Assembly: GCA_013239625.1 (NCBI GenBank)
Contig: MU057069.1
Span: 1,298,018-1,362,017 of the forward strand
Reading direction: 5' to 3'
Source: Lama guanicoe
Taxonomy: Eukaryota
DNA: 64,000 bases
This document shows, in pieces, positions 13,801-25,200 of the stretch (its first letter is position 1; each line of letters opens with the position of its first letter). The position numbers and the translations under genes were made by a program. The notes beneath the pieces are model-generated. The model was given only the letters and a program-made list of their open reading frames with translations. It searched no databases and had not been told where the DNA came from.

Positions 13801-14719
13801 TGAGTTTCGGGGTGTAGGCGGGTCTGCAGGTGTATCGGTCTGTGTCAGCGGACTCTTCAGGGTCAGAGGTAGTGGCTGCCTGGCTGGGACGGTCCTGGGT
13901 GTACTCTGTCTCCCGGGAACACAAATCGGACCCCTTGGACTTCCGACGAGGGTATGAGCGGATCTGCTTCAGCAAGTCCTGGTGTTCAATGATGGACTTC
14001 TCCACGCTGGCCAGCTCGTTGGCTTTCTCGATGGCCTGAGAGGAGTAAAAGCCTTTGTCATTGGCTTTCTTCTGGATCTCCGTTTCCGTGTGCAGCACTG
14101 TCCTGGTGTAATCCAAGTCTTTCAGTTTCTTCTCGAGTTCCCCAGCAAATGCCTTCCTGTTGCCTGTTTTTAAGCACTCTGAAGCTTTGGAAAATTCAGC
14201 CGAAAGCTCCTGGAACTGCTGCATGATTTTGTGCTGGTCGGCCGAGATATAAGCCATACAAAAGGGCCTAACAAAGCCACGGGCCTCCAGGTCGTACAGG
14301 GTGAGGTGGTGCACATAGGCAAAGGCTCCCTCTTTGGAGTCTCCCAACACGACCTTGGAGTCCTCCACGAAGTTCAGCTTGGGGTAGGCAGAACCAGGGG
14401 GATGGCCCACGAAGGATGCCTGGTAATCCACAGACATGATCCGCAAAGAGAAGTAATTGAGATCGAAAGTACCAAAAACTTTGGTGTCATTGGGGATGGT
14501 CAGCAAGGGCTGGGGTCCCACCTGCTCAGAGAACTCGGAAATAAGGATAAAGTCCCGAGAGAACTTGGCCCCGGACAGTTTGGACCACGGATTGGCTCCT
14601 TGGCTGGCGAAGGGAAAGAGTGGCACGGAGTACTCCTCCGGCAGGGCCGGCTCATTGTAAGGCTCCTCCTCGTACTCGTCCTCTTTGGTGAAGGCCACCA
14701 CGTCAGGGGCGCTGATCAT
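10896..14719 (-). CDS. SMCR8: SMCR8, DENN/longin-domain subunit of the C9orf72-SMCR8-WDR41 complex, 938 aa, 2 coding exons
   Basis: Exon 1 CDS 14719-12357 (MISAPDVVAFTKEDEYEEEPY...KWKLIGLQ, donor GTAATT); exon 2 11349-10896 (ATSPAG...FDYVPSFLYKI*). Phase-2 junction gives AGA; total 2817 nt. Confidence 0.98.
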
Positions 14720-14819
14720 ATTTCCAGATATACGGAGAGAGCATTGAGAGGAAGTGGGAAACAATGCGGATGTAGCTAACGCGGGGAAGCCAGGCCTCTG
14801 GAGGAGGAAGCAAACTCCT

Positions 14820-16200
14820 TGCGGTCTTCTTTGCGCCCTCGGGGGTACGAGCTGCCTGTCACACACCCGAGGACTCAAATTCCCGAAGACCCTCAGAACT
14901 GTAGTCCTCCAGGGCCCTCGGAGGCCTCATGAACTCCGCTGATCGGGAAGACTAGGGAGGCCGGCTGCCCTTCTCCTCCTCCTCCGGCGACCGCGGCCGG
15001 CGCAGAGCACCTGCAGCGAGGTCACTGGCGCTCCCCCTAACCCACCGCGACGGCAACAGCCCCAGCCTGAGCGGGTGCCCAACGCGGGGCTACGGGCCGC
15101 CGCACGACCACCCAAGCGTGGCGGCCCCGACGGCCCGAGAACAGAAACCGTCGAGGCTCCTCGGACGCAACAACCAAGAGTAAGCTACCGCGGCGCCGCC
15201 ATCTTGGCATCACATGACTTGCGGAGTCGCACCGCGTGACCCGGAAGCGTCCGCGTCGACTTCCGATCCAGTGTGCGGCGTCTGCCCAGTGCAGAGCTGA
15301 AAGGGAGGGAAGTGCTGCGCGAGTGGCGCGGAGCGCGGGGAGCCCTGGGAGTTGTAGTTCGCGGCTCGCGCCCGCGGAAGCGGGCTGGGAAGGTGGCCGG
15401 AAGCGGGCTGCGCGCGGGGCGGCGGGAGACTCCAGGGCCAGGGGTGCCGCCTCACCATGCGCGGGGCCCGGGGATGATCCTCCCGGTCGCCCGCCGCGCG
15501 CTCCGCTGGCTGCCGCGGCCCGGGGTCCGGACCCTGACCCGCGCCGCCATGGAGGTGGCCTTCCGGGGCGTGCGGAAAATCCTCTGTGTGGCCGAGAAGA
15601 ACGACGCGGCCAAAGGCATCGCCGACCTGCTGTCCGGCGGCCGCATGCGGCGGGTGAGGGGCTCCTTGGCGTCGGGGAGCGTAGCGGACGTTTCGCTCGC
15701 GTGCTTGGAAGCCTTGGGTGCGCCGGGCACGGCGGGCCGCCGAGCTCGTCCGGGCCCCGGAGCCCCGGGGCGGCGCCTTTCTGGGTCCGGGGTGAGCCGG
15801 GGCGTCTGCACCGTCACGTTCTGTAGCTCTGCCGGGTTGGGGCCGCGCGCCAGACTCCTCCAGCCTGCCCTCGGCCTGCGGGATCCTTCCCACGAGGCGC
15901 GCCGTCCCCGCCGCCGCACGCCCGACCCTGCGGCCGGGGCACGGACGCGGCGACGCCGGGAACGCCGGGCTGGGAGGCCGCGTCGGCACAAACGAACCCC
16001 GTGAGACGGGCGGGCTCGGGGTGCGGGGTGTTCTGGACACGGAGGCGCGAAGGAGCGGCTCGGGGAGAAAGGGTTTGTGAAGGAGGGTCACGGAGGGCCC
16101 TCCGAGGCCCTGCCGCCGCTCCTGGGACTCTAATCGCCCAAGGAGAAGGAGCCTCTGCTTCGCTCGCTGCTGTGTTCCTCGGGCCTGATACGTGTCTGGG
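14820..16200. promoter_or_regulatory. CpG island / bidirectional promoter of SMCR8 (-) and TOP3A (+)
   Basis: Dense CpG; start codons are 755 bp apart, head-to-head. Motifs: YY1/TISU CAAGATGGCGGC (-, 15195-15206), E-box TCACATGA (15210-15217), ETS/GABP CCGGAAG (15241, 15397), ZNF143/THAP11-type ACTACAACTCCCAG (-, 15345-15358). Confidence 0.9.
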
Positions 16201-19200
16201 ATACACGAGACTCCGGCGGTATTTGTTGGCTGGATGTTTGGGTTCAGTCTCGAAGTTTCACCAGGCAGTGGAAGTGGCACGTATAAAGGACTTGTGCCTT
16301 GAAACAGTTCGGCATGTTCAAACCTGAGAAGTGGGCGTGCGGGATGGTGGGGGGAGGAGCCAGTGGCAGTAAACACTATTTGAGCGGATTAGGGATTAGT
16401 GTGTTTTGTGTGTTTACCGCCTCGCAGCACACAGATCAGCATTTGGTACCTTCCCGGGGTTGTGTGTCGGTCACTTCTATCTCATACCCGGTTTGATCAC
16501 AATGAAAGGAGACCCCGGAGCCGTTACGCAGTCACTCTCCATTCCCCGGTCCTCCCAGCAGCTGTCCCCGAAGATTTGTCTGTTCTGGGTATTTCATATG
16601 AAAAGATTCGCATCACACGTGGCTTTTTTGTGTCAGGCTTATTTCACTTAGCATTTTTGAAACCCATTCATGCTGTGGTGTGTATCATTACTTCATTCTT
16701 TTTCAGGGCCGAATAATACCCCGTCGGATAGAGAGCATATGTGTTTATCCGTTCTTCACTTGGGTTGGCCCCGCCTTTTGGCTGTTGTGAGTAGAGCTGC
16801 CGTAAACCTTCGTGTACAGGCTTTTCTTCGGATAAGTGTTTTCACTTCTTTTGAATAAGCTCCTCGGAGGGAAGTTGCTGGGCCACAAGTAACTCTATGT
16901 TTAACCTTCTGAGGAACTGCCAAACTGCTTTCCAAAAGTGGCCGAAACATCTTGCATTCTAACCAGTTCCTTTTTCTCCACATTCTGTCAACACTTGTTT
17001 TTTTTTTTTTAATCATCTCCAGCCTAGTGGGTTTGAAGTATCTTGTGGTTTTGACTCTGAGCACCTTTTCATGTGCGTTCTGGCCACTATGTCTCCATCT
17101 TCTTTGCAGAAACGTCCATGTCTTCTGGCCATTTTTGAATTGGATTGTTGGTCTGCTGAGCTGTAAGCGTGCTTTGTGTATTCGGGATATGAGGTCCTTG
17201 CTAGATACGTGATTTGCAGGTACTCTGTTTCATGCTGTGGGTTGTCTGTTTGCTTTCTTGGTAGTGTTCTTTCACGCACAAGAAGTTTTAATTTTGATGA
17301 AGTACAGTTTATCTATTTTTCCTTCTTTTGTTGGTTAGACTTTTACTGTCATGTCTAAGAAGCCATGGCCAGAATGAAGATCAGGAAGATTTGCCCCTTC
17401 TTCTAAGAGTTTTAGCTCTTATATTTTAGTCATTGATCCATTTTGAGTTAGTTTTTCTCGGTAGTGTGAAAAGTCCAACTTCATTCTTTTACACGTGGAT
17501 GTCCAGTTTTTCCCAGCACCGTTTTTTGAAAAGGCTGTCCGTTTCCCGTCGGATGGCCTCGGCATCCTTGTCAAAAATCAGTCGACTATAGATGTTCCTT
17601 TCTGGACTGCCAGTTCCGTCCCGTTCTTCTGTGTGTCTGTCCTCACGCCAGTGCCACGCTGTTGGCTTTGCTGTGGCTTGGCGGTAAGTTTGGAGGCCAG
17701 GTGGTGTGAGTCCTCCAACTTTGTCTGTCTCTTTGAAGGCTTTTTTGACTGCTTGGGGCCCTTGGCAGTTCCGTATGAATTTACCATCGCGATACCAAGT
17801 CCTCCAGTCTGAACACAGCCTGTCTTGCCGCCGATTTAGGTCTCTCAGCAACGAGCTGTAGTTTCCATTGTGCTTTTGGATGCTGTTGTAAACGGAACTG
17901 TTTGCTTAGTTGCCTTTTCAGATTGTTCACTGCTGTCGGTTTCTGTCTTTCTGTGTTATTTTCTTCATTGCTGTTGGATTTTGCATGCCGACCTCGTATC
18001 CTGCAACTTTGCTGGCTTTATTGGCGTGAAGTTTCACTGTGGCTTCTTGAGGATTTCTACCTGTAAAGTCATGCTGACTGCAAGGGGAGAGAGTTCTGCT
18101 TCTCCCTTTCCGATCTGAATGTCTTTTATTTCTTTTTCTTGCCCAGTTGCTCTGGCTGGAAGTAGTGATCCCAGGTAACGACGGTGGAAACGGGCATCCT
18201 TGTTTTGTTCCTGAACTTGGAAGAGGAGCTTCCGCCTTTGACCACTGAGTGTGATGTTCACTGTGGGTTTTTTGCAAATGCCACACTTCACTTTGTCGTG
18301 AAGGGTGCTGCATTTTTACCAAATGCTTTTTCTGCATCAGTTGAGAAGGACTGTAGGTACTAAGTACGGGGTGGAGGGGCAGGGATGGTCATATTTGTGC
18401 TTTATGAAGTCTCCCTGGCAGTGGGGCACTTGGAGAATGGAAGGCTTCTGCACATGGGGGTCAGAGGCCTGAAGTCTAGGGACCTGGGGGCACTTTGCAG
18501 GGGGGCAGAGGGAAAGGAGAGGCAGAGTGATGGAAGCAGTCGGCGTGGAAGGTGGAGGTTCACTGTGCGCTCACACATTCTGGTCCTTCTTCCTGGAATG
18601 ACATTTTGCCTCATCTCTCCTGATGAGCTCTCTTGTCTTTTGAAAGAAAACAGGGGGAGCAACTTAAATGTAACCTATTTGTGACATCTTTCCTCAGCGT
18701 CCTCTGCGACCATTTCCTTCACTCGGTGATGGCGGTCATGGTCGTCACGGGTCCCGGGATCTAGTTGCCTGTCCCCCTCCCGCAGCCTGTCACTCCCCGA
18801 GACAGTGACAGGGCCTGCTCATTTGTTTATCTGTCCCTCACAGAGTTTGCTTTGAATGACAAAATCCCTACCTTGAAGAGACTGGAATTCTGATAGAGGA
18901 GCCAAGACATCCACACACACAGCTCGGAATCAGAGGATGGCCCTGAGCTTTGTAATAGCAAAAACCTGAAATAACAAGCACTAGTGACGGCCGTGGATCC
19001 TAAAATAAACTGTGCTTTCTTTGGTAGATAGTCTGTTGTGGAGAAGACTTTCAAACACATACACAAATATATGTACATTTGAGAGAAATTGACCAGAACA
19101 CTAACAAGAGGTGGAATTTTTCTCTTTTTTCTTTAACTGTAGTACTTAAACAGTGGTAATTATTGCAGAAAATTCAGAGGACGCAGATACGCATCAAGTG

Positions 19201-22200
19201 TACCGTCCCTACTGCCCTCAGTAGCCCCTGTTAATAACTTACAGATCTCGAGGACTTTTCTATGTGTGCACCATTTTTTCATGGTTTTATTTTTATGTTT
19301 AGAAGAAGGAATCCTAAGACAGAGTCTTGTGGCAGACTGAGTGGCAGCAGTGCGATCTGTCCCCACAGTGCTGAGTAAAGGCGGACCCGCTCTGGTTTGG
19401 GTTTTCGTTTTAATAGTGGGGATGGATGGCCCTGTAGGAAGAAAACAGATGCCACATTCTTGGTCAGTCTTCTGGGTCTTTTTCTTTCTCTAGGCTCCAA
19501 GACTTCCGTAATTAGGGGGCCACCCTTCCCGTGAGCACCTCACCCCGGAGGTGGAATTGCACATGGTTGAGTACCCACTTCAGTTGGGAGTTACAGAGAG
19601 GCAGGTTTGAGGTGCCAGGAAAGACATCTTACTTCCTCAAGACTCTCCGCTGGCAGAGGAGGCTGCCTGGGAGAGCCTGGACCTGGGCCGCACGCGTGCT
19701 GTTGGACAGGTCTTCCCCTGGAGAGGATTAGAGCAGGTTCCAGACTCTTCCCGGGAGAGCCACTTGGGGTGAGCGGGGAGAGGCTGAGTTAGCAGCAGCT
19801 CGGCCTTGTCACAGCCAGAGGGCTTCAGCCCTGCTGTGTTCCAGAGGCCGTGTGAGAGTCTGGGAAGGCTTCGGTGCTCTCTTAAAAAGAGGTGGTAGCC
19901 ATTGGCTGGACAGTTGCTCTTCTCTAGTATGAAAGGGGCTTGACCAGCAACTGGAGTTTGTAGAGGGGGGTTTCTTTCCTTGGCAACACTAGAGCGGTGC
20001 CCTTGTAGGGATCAGATCCTGAAATAAATTCCTTTTAAGTTTGCTGTTACCCCTCAAAGAGAGCCCTGCTCAGTGGTCTACACTGAAAACTTGTCTCTGT
20101 GAGGCGGGGGGAGAGTCTTCTCCACGTGACACGTCTTGGTCCTGGAAGGTTTCCCCAACTCCCGCCTGGCCTGCGTCTTGTCTCCTGTGCAGAGTGGGTG
20201 TGAAACTCACATGCTTAGCTACTTTTAACGCCTTTGTAGAAGGTGGGGTCTCCCCTGAGGGGGTCTGGTTCTCCCGCAAGTGCAGGTAAGGACGTGCTTT
20301 GTAGCCTGGCTCCCAGGCCCGACTGGGGCTTGCAGCGTGACTGGATTTCAGAGCCAGAGGGACCTTACAGGCAGCTTTACTCAAGGATCAGGTGAGGTTC
20401 AGGAAGGTGAGCGCCCTGCCTCTGGTCAGCTTGATAGTGCAGCTGGTGTGCGGCCAGAAAGCAGAGTTGTGGGGAGAAAGGAGAAGGTCTCGAGAGGGTG
20501 TCCCAGTCCCCCGTCTGCCGTGTGGCCTCGGGCGAGTCTGTTCTCATCTGTAGAAAGCTGTTACGTAGTTTTAGCTGAACGCAAGGTCACCTTCCAGCAT
20601 AAAAACTCTGTGGGCTCTACCAAGTGCATGCTGCTAAGCGTGTTCTAAGGGACCTCTTAATAAGCGGTCTTGGTGATTTTGCCCAGTTTTTATCCGTGGG
20701 AAATGCTGTTGCATTTTCAGCATCCCCACTTGTCTGGGTTGTGCTGGATCTCTGTGCTGAGGAATCTTTTGTTTCTTTATGTAATTGTTATCTTTTCTTT
20801 CTTTTTGTCTTGTGTAGAGGGAAGGACTTTCTAGATTCAACAAGATCTATGAGTTTGATTATCACCTGTATGGCCAGGTAGGTGCTGCGGCGTTCCTGTC
20901 GTGTGGCTCACGTGTGCTTTCAGACCCTTGTGCCATTTTGCTGTTTTTAGTTACGGCTAAAAAGAGCAGCTGTTTACTACAAACCCTCCCTAAACTGCTT
21001 GTGTTTTGGAGTTTTTTGGTCAAGAAGAATTAGTCAGCCTGGCCACTGCCGAGTAGGTTGCTGTCTTTTAAGAGGACCTTTTGTTAGGACCTCCAGATCC
21101 TTGGTGGCAGGTGATCATTTCATGATTTATAAGGAAGTCTCTTTTTTGCAGAATATGGTCCCAAACTCAGCTCTTCAGTGCAAGAAAGCAGCTAACGACA
21201 GTAGTTTGAGGATATTCTAAGTGCTGCAGAGGCGTCTTGGTACCAGAATGAGAATGGGGATTGAGCCACTGTGCCTTTTGGCTTTAAGAGCTGTATCTGT
21301 TTTTTTCCCCCAGTCAACTGTTTTTGTTTTTAATAGGCTTCATTGTTTTAGAGCAATGTTAGGTTCAGAACAAAATTGAGAGGAAGGTACAGACATCTCC
21401 CCCACCTCCGCCCCTGCACGAGCACAGCCACGTCGTCAGCAGCCCCCTAGGGCTGCTCGTTGCAGCTGGCCAAACTGCGCCCACGCACGTCACCCAGAGT
21501 CCACAGTTGGCGTCGGGTTCCCTCCCGCGGTGTGCATTCTGTGGGTCTGGGTGAACATAAATGACACGGACCTGTTGTCTTCATGTCACGTGGACTGTTT
21601 CCACTGCCCTGACAGTCTTACACTCAGCCTGTTTATCCTTCCTCCCCTCCACCCTTCAGTAGAAGTTACTCCCTTTTATTTGAATGATTTGGCAAAATCT
21701 AATCGCTGAGAGACTAACTTGAGTTTTGTTGTCATTCAGAACGTTACCATGGTAATGACTTCCGTTTCTGGACATCTGCTGGCCCACGATTTCCAGATGC
21801 AGTTTCGTAAATGGTCAGTAGGGTCCCTGGGGAAGAGCTTTCTGATTATTATGGTGAGCTGTAATGTATCACAGGAGTTTCGAGGCGTGTTGGTGTCACT
21901 GTGTGGCTTATAATAGTAAGGTGACTAAGTCTATTCGGCTGCTGTGACAAAACATCACACGCCAGCTGGCTTTTAAACCACAGAAATTTGTTTCTCTGAG
22001 CTATAGAGACTAGAAGTAGGAGTCAGGGTGCCAGCGTGGTCTGGGGAGGGCCTGCTGACCTCTCAGCGTGTCCTCACCTGGGGGAGGGTCTGGGGAGCCG
22101 GCTGGGTCTCTTGTAGGAGGCTCCACCCTCACCAGCTAATCCCCTCCCACAGGCCCTGCCTCCAGCACCATCACGCTGGTGTTAAGATTCCAGCGTGTGA

Positions 22201-25200
22201 ATTTGGGGGCACACAAGTCATAGAGACCATAGCAGTGACCTAGGTTTGACTGATACATTGTGCATTTTTACCATGTGTTTAGAATAAACAGCCACTTTTT
22301 TCAGGTGTGTTCCCCAAAATAGGCAGGCCTTTCTCATACTGCCATCAGACTGTTTGCCCCGCTGCAGATGTGCGGGAAGAGTCCCAGGATTTCCAGTTTG
22401 CAGCCCCTGTCGGTCATCCTGGGAAGCGCATTGTGCAAGGGTCCCGGCCTTGTCTGTAATCCTCTGTGTTTTCACGGGGGTGGGGGCTATCTGTTCGGGA
22501 CGTAACCGTGAGGGCAGTTTCTTCCCCTTAAAACAGGACTTTCTGTCACGTGCTTGGGTAGGAGATTTTGCGTTTTTGCTTCTTTTCCAGGCAGAGCTGC
22601 AATCCTCTTGTCCTCTTTGAAGCAGGAATTGAGAAGTACTGTCCGGAGAACTTTGTAGACATCAAGGTAGGATGGTTTGGAAGACGTAGGCACTGGAGTT
22701 AAACCACCACCGAATAATTAAACCAAGTGATTTCTGTATTTTGAATGCATGAGAATTTAGAGATAAGGGTTTCCACCGGACTAAGTACTATGGTTTAAAA
22801 TGTTAGTCCCACCCGTGTTGTAAATGAAGCCATTTAAGCTTAGTGGCCGAGAGACTTCTCAGGGCGAGTGGCTGTTTGAACCCTCGGCTTGAGTGTGTTA
22901 GCTCCCTGGTTCCAGCTCCCCCAGCCCCGGTGGGAGGGAAGAGTGCGGGTGGGCGTACGACAGGGGATTGTGAACGCTGCAGCTCTCTAGGCACCAACCC
23001 TTACTTCACGGCTAATTAGGAGCCCTTGGGATGAAATGCAGTTAGGGTTTTTTTGTTTTCTTTTAAGCCAGGGCTTGATGAGAACCCCCAGAGCTATAAG
23101 TGTGTGTTAGAGCTGTGTTTCAGGTCCATCAGGCTGGGCTAGTTGTGTTAAACCCCCAGGCTTCCGGAAGCTAATTGGTGGGGCTGTGGTTCCAGGCTAG
23201 GGGCGGGTCTAGTGACTTCGCACCCTTACCATGGTGGGGATAGTTTTCTTGGCCTCTTCTTCACCGAGTTGGCTTCCTCCAAGAGCCTCCAGTGCTGGGT
23301 CAGAACCCGCACAGGGCTGTCCCGGGACCGCTCACTGCTCTTTCCCCACCGGCAACTGCAGAAAACTCTAGAGCGAGAGACCCGGCAGTGCCAGGCCCTA
23401 GTGATCTGGACCGACTGTGACCGAGAAGGAGAAAACATCGGCTTTGAGATTATCCACGTGTGCAGGGCCGGTGAGTGTCTGTGCCAGGTTACCCACGTGT
23501 GCGAGGCCGGTGAGCATCTGTCCAGATTACTCACGTGTGCGGGGCCGGTGAGCGTCTGTCCAGATTACTCACGTGTGCGGGGCCGGTGAGCGTCTGTGCC
23601 AGATTACCCACGTGTGCGGGGCCGGTGAGCGTCTGTGCCAGATTACCCATGTGTGTGGGGCCGGTGAGCGTCTGTCCCGATTACCCACGTGTGCGGGGCC
23701 GGTGAGTGGCGGCTCCTGAGTGTCTGTGCCAGATTATCCATGTGTGTGGGGCCGATGAGTGATGGCCCCTGAGTGTCTGTGCCCTGGACACGGGATGGGA
23801 GGGGCTCTCCCATCTTCTCTGTGCGTGGCTGTGCCTGAGCCCCTCCCCATGTCCCCTCCGCACCAGGTCCCTCTGCCAGGCCTACCAGTTGAGTGGCAGT
23901 GGCTGGACCCTGTGCCCAGGGCTGGTCCAAGTAGATTGCCAGCTCCCTGAGCAAAGACTTCATATTCTGTTTTTAAAAGTTATATATTGAATATTAACAA
24001 AGAGTGTACACACCACATGTAAAGTGTGAAGAATAGTTTTAAGATATTCTGTTTGGTTTTTTTCTTTTTCTCCTGTACGCTTTGTACAGTGTCTGAACAG
24101 TAATAAACGATTGTTACAATGAGTGTGATGATGTCAGATAACTTAGAGAAAGATGCGCAGGCCATTCTTGGGCTGCGAGAGCAGGGGGTTCTCTCTTCCC
24201 TAAGTGCTTTTGTCTGAAGCTAGAACAACTCCGGGACTAGATACGTTAACTTTCAGGGACAGTGTGTATATCCCATATTTCCGTAACAGGACATGAAATT
24301 TCTCCCCCAGGACTTCTCTTTTCTTTTCTTTCTTTCTTCCTTCCTCCCTTCCTCCTTTCTTGTTATATTGATGTATAGTCGATGTACAGGGTTGTGTTAG
24401 TCTCTGGCGTACAGCATGGGGATTCAGTCACACACACACACATTCTTGTTCATCGTAGGTTATTACAGGGTACTGACTATAGTTCCCTGTGCTGCACAGT
24501 GGAACCTTGTTGTTACCCATTTTGTATGTAGTAGTGAGTGTCTGCAAGTCTCAAACTCCTAACGTACCCCTTCCCCCTCTCCCTTAGAGCCTGTAAGTTA
24601 ACGACACTGCCCTTCTCCTGGGCGATCTAAGGGAAGCGAGGTTGGTGTCTCGAAAGCTCACCAGGAGAGCTGAGCTCTCTGCTCAGCCCCTCTGCCGCTC
24701 CCGATGACATTCAGCCGGTCACAGTGAGGTTTCCCTCTCGCAGTGTGTCGCTAACTTGACAGAAGCAGGAAAACAGGACTCCTCGCGGCTTCTTGACCTG
24801 GTTCTCTCTCTGTTCAAGGTGCTTCAAGATGGGCCCCTGAGTGAGGAGAGGGTGGTGAGCCTCGTGCCTTGACTCGGCCCCGCTGCCTCTTTCTGTCCCA
24901 CAGTGAAGCCCGGCCTGCCGGTGCTGCGAGCACGTTTCTCTGAGATCACCGCCCGCGCTGTCCAGGTGGCCTGCGAGAACCTGACGGAGCCCGACCAGAG
25001 AGTCAGCGACGCCGTGGACGTGAGGCAGGAGCTGGACCTGCGGATCGGTGAGGGGCGGTGGGCCGGGTGGGCGCAGGCTTGGCGGAGCAGCTGACTTTGA
25101 CCTTGCCATCTGTCCTCTCCTCCCTCCCTCCCTTCTTCCCAGGGGCCGCCTTCACCAGGTTCCAGACCCTGCGGCTGCAGAAGATTTTCCCCGCGGTGTT

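Noticed and set aside
14720-14878. 53-codon N-terminal extension of the SMCR8 ORF in the ORF track
   Set aside because: It starts at TTG with no in-frame ATG; the recognised protein begins MISAPDVV at 14719.
15210-16376. 388-aa antisense ORF and other long Arg/Pro/Gly-rich ORFs over the two CpG islands
   Set aside because: Expected from stop-codon scarcity at very high GC; low complexity and no recognisable domain.
23447-23783. CRISPR-like periodicity
   Set aside because: Head-to-tail units without unique spacers, in a mammalian intron, with no cas genes.
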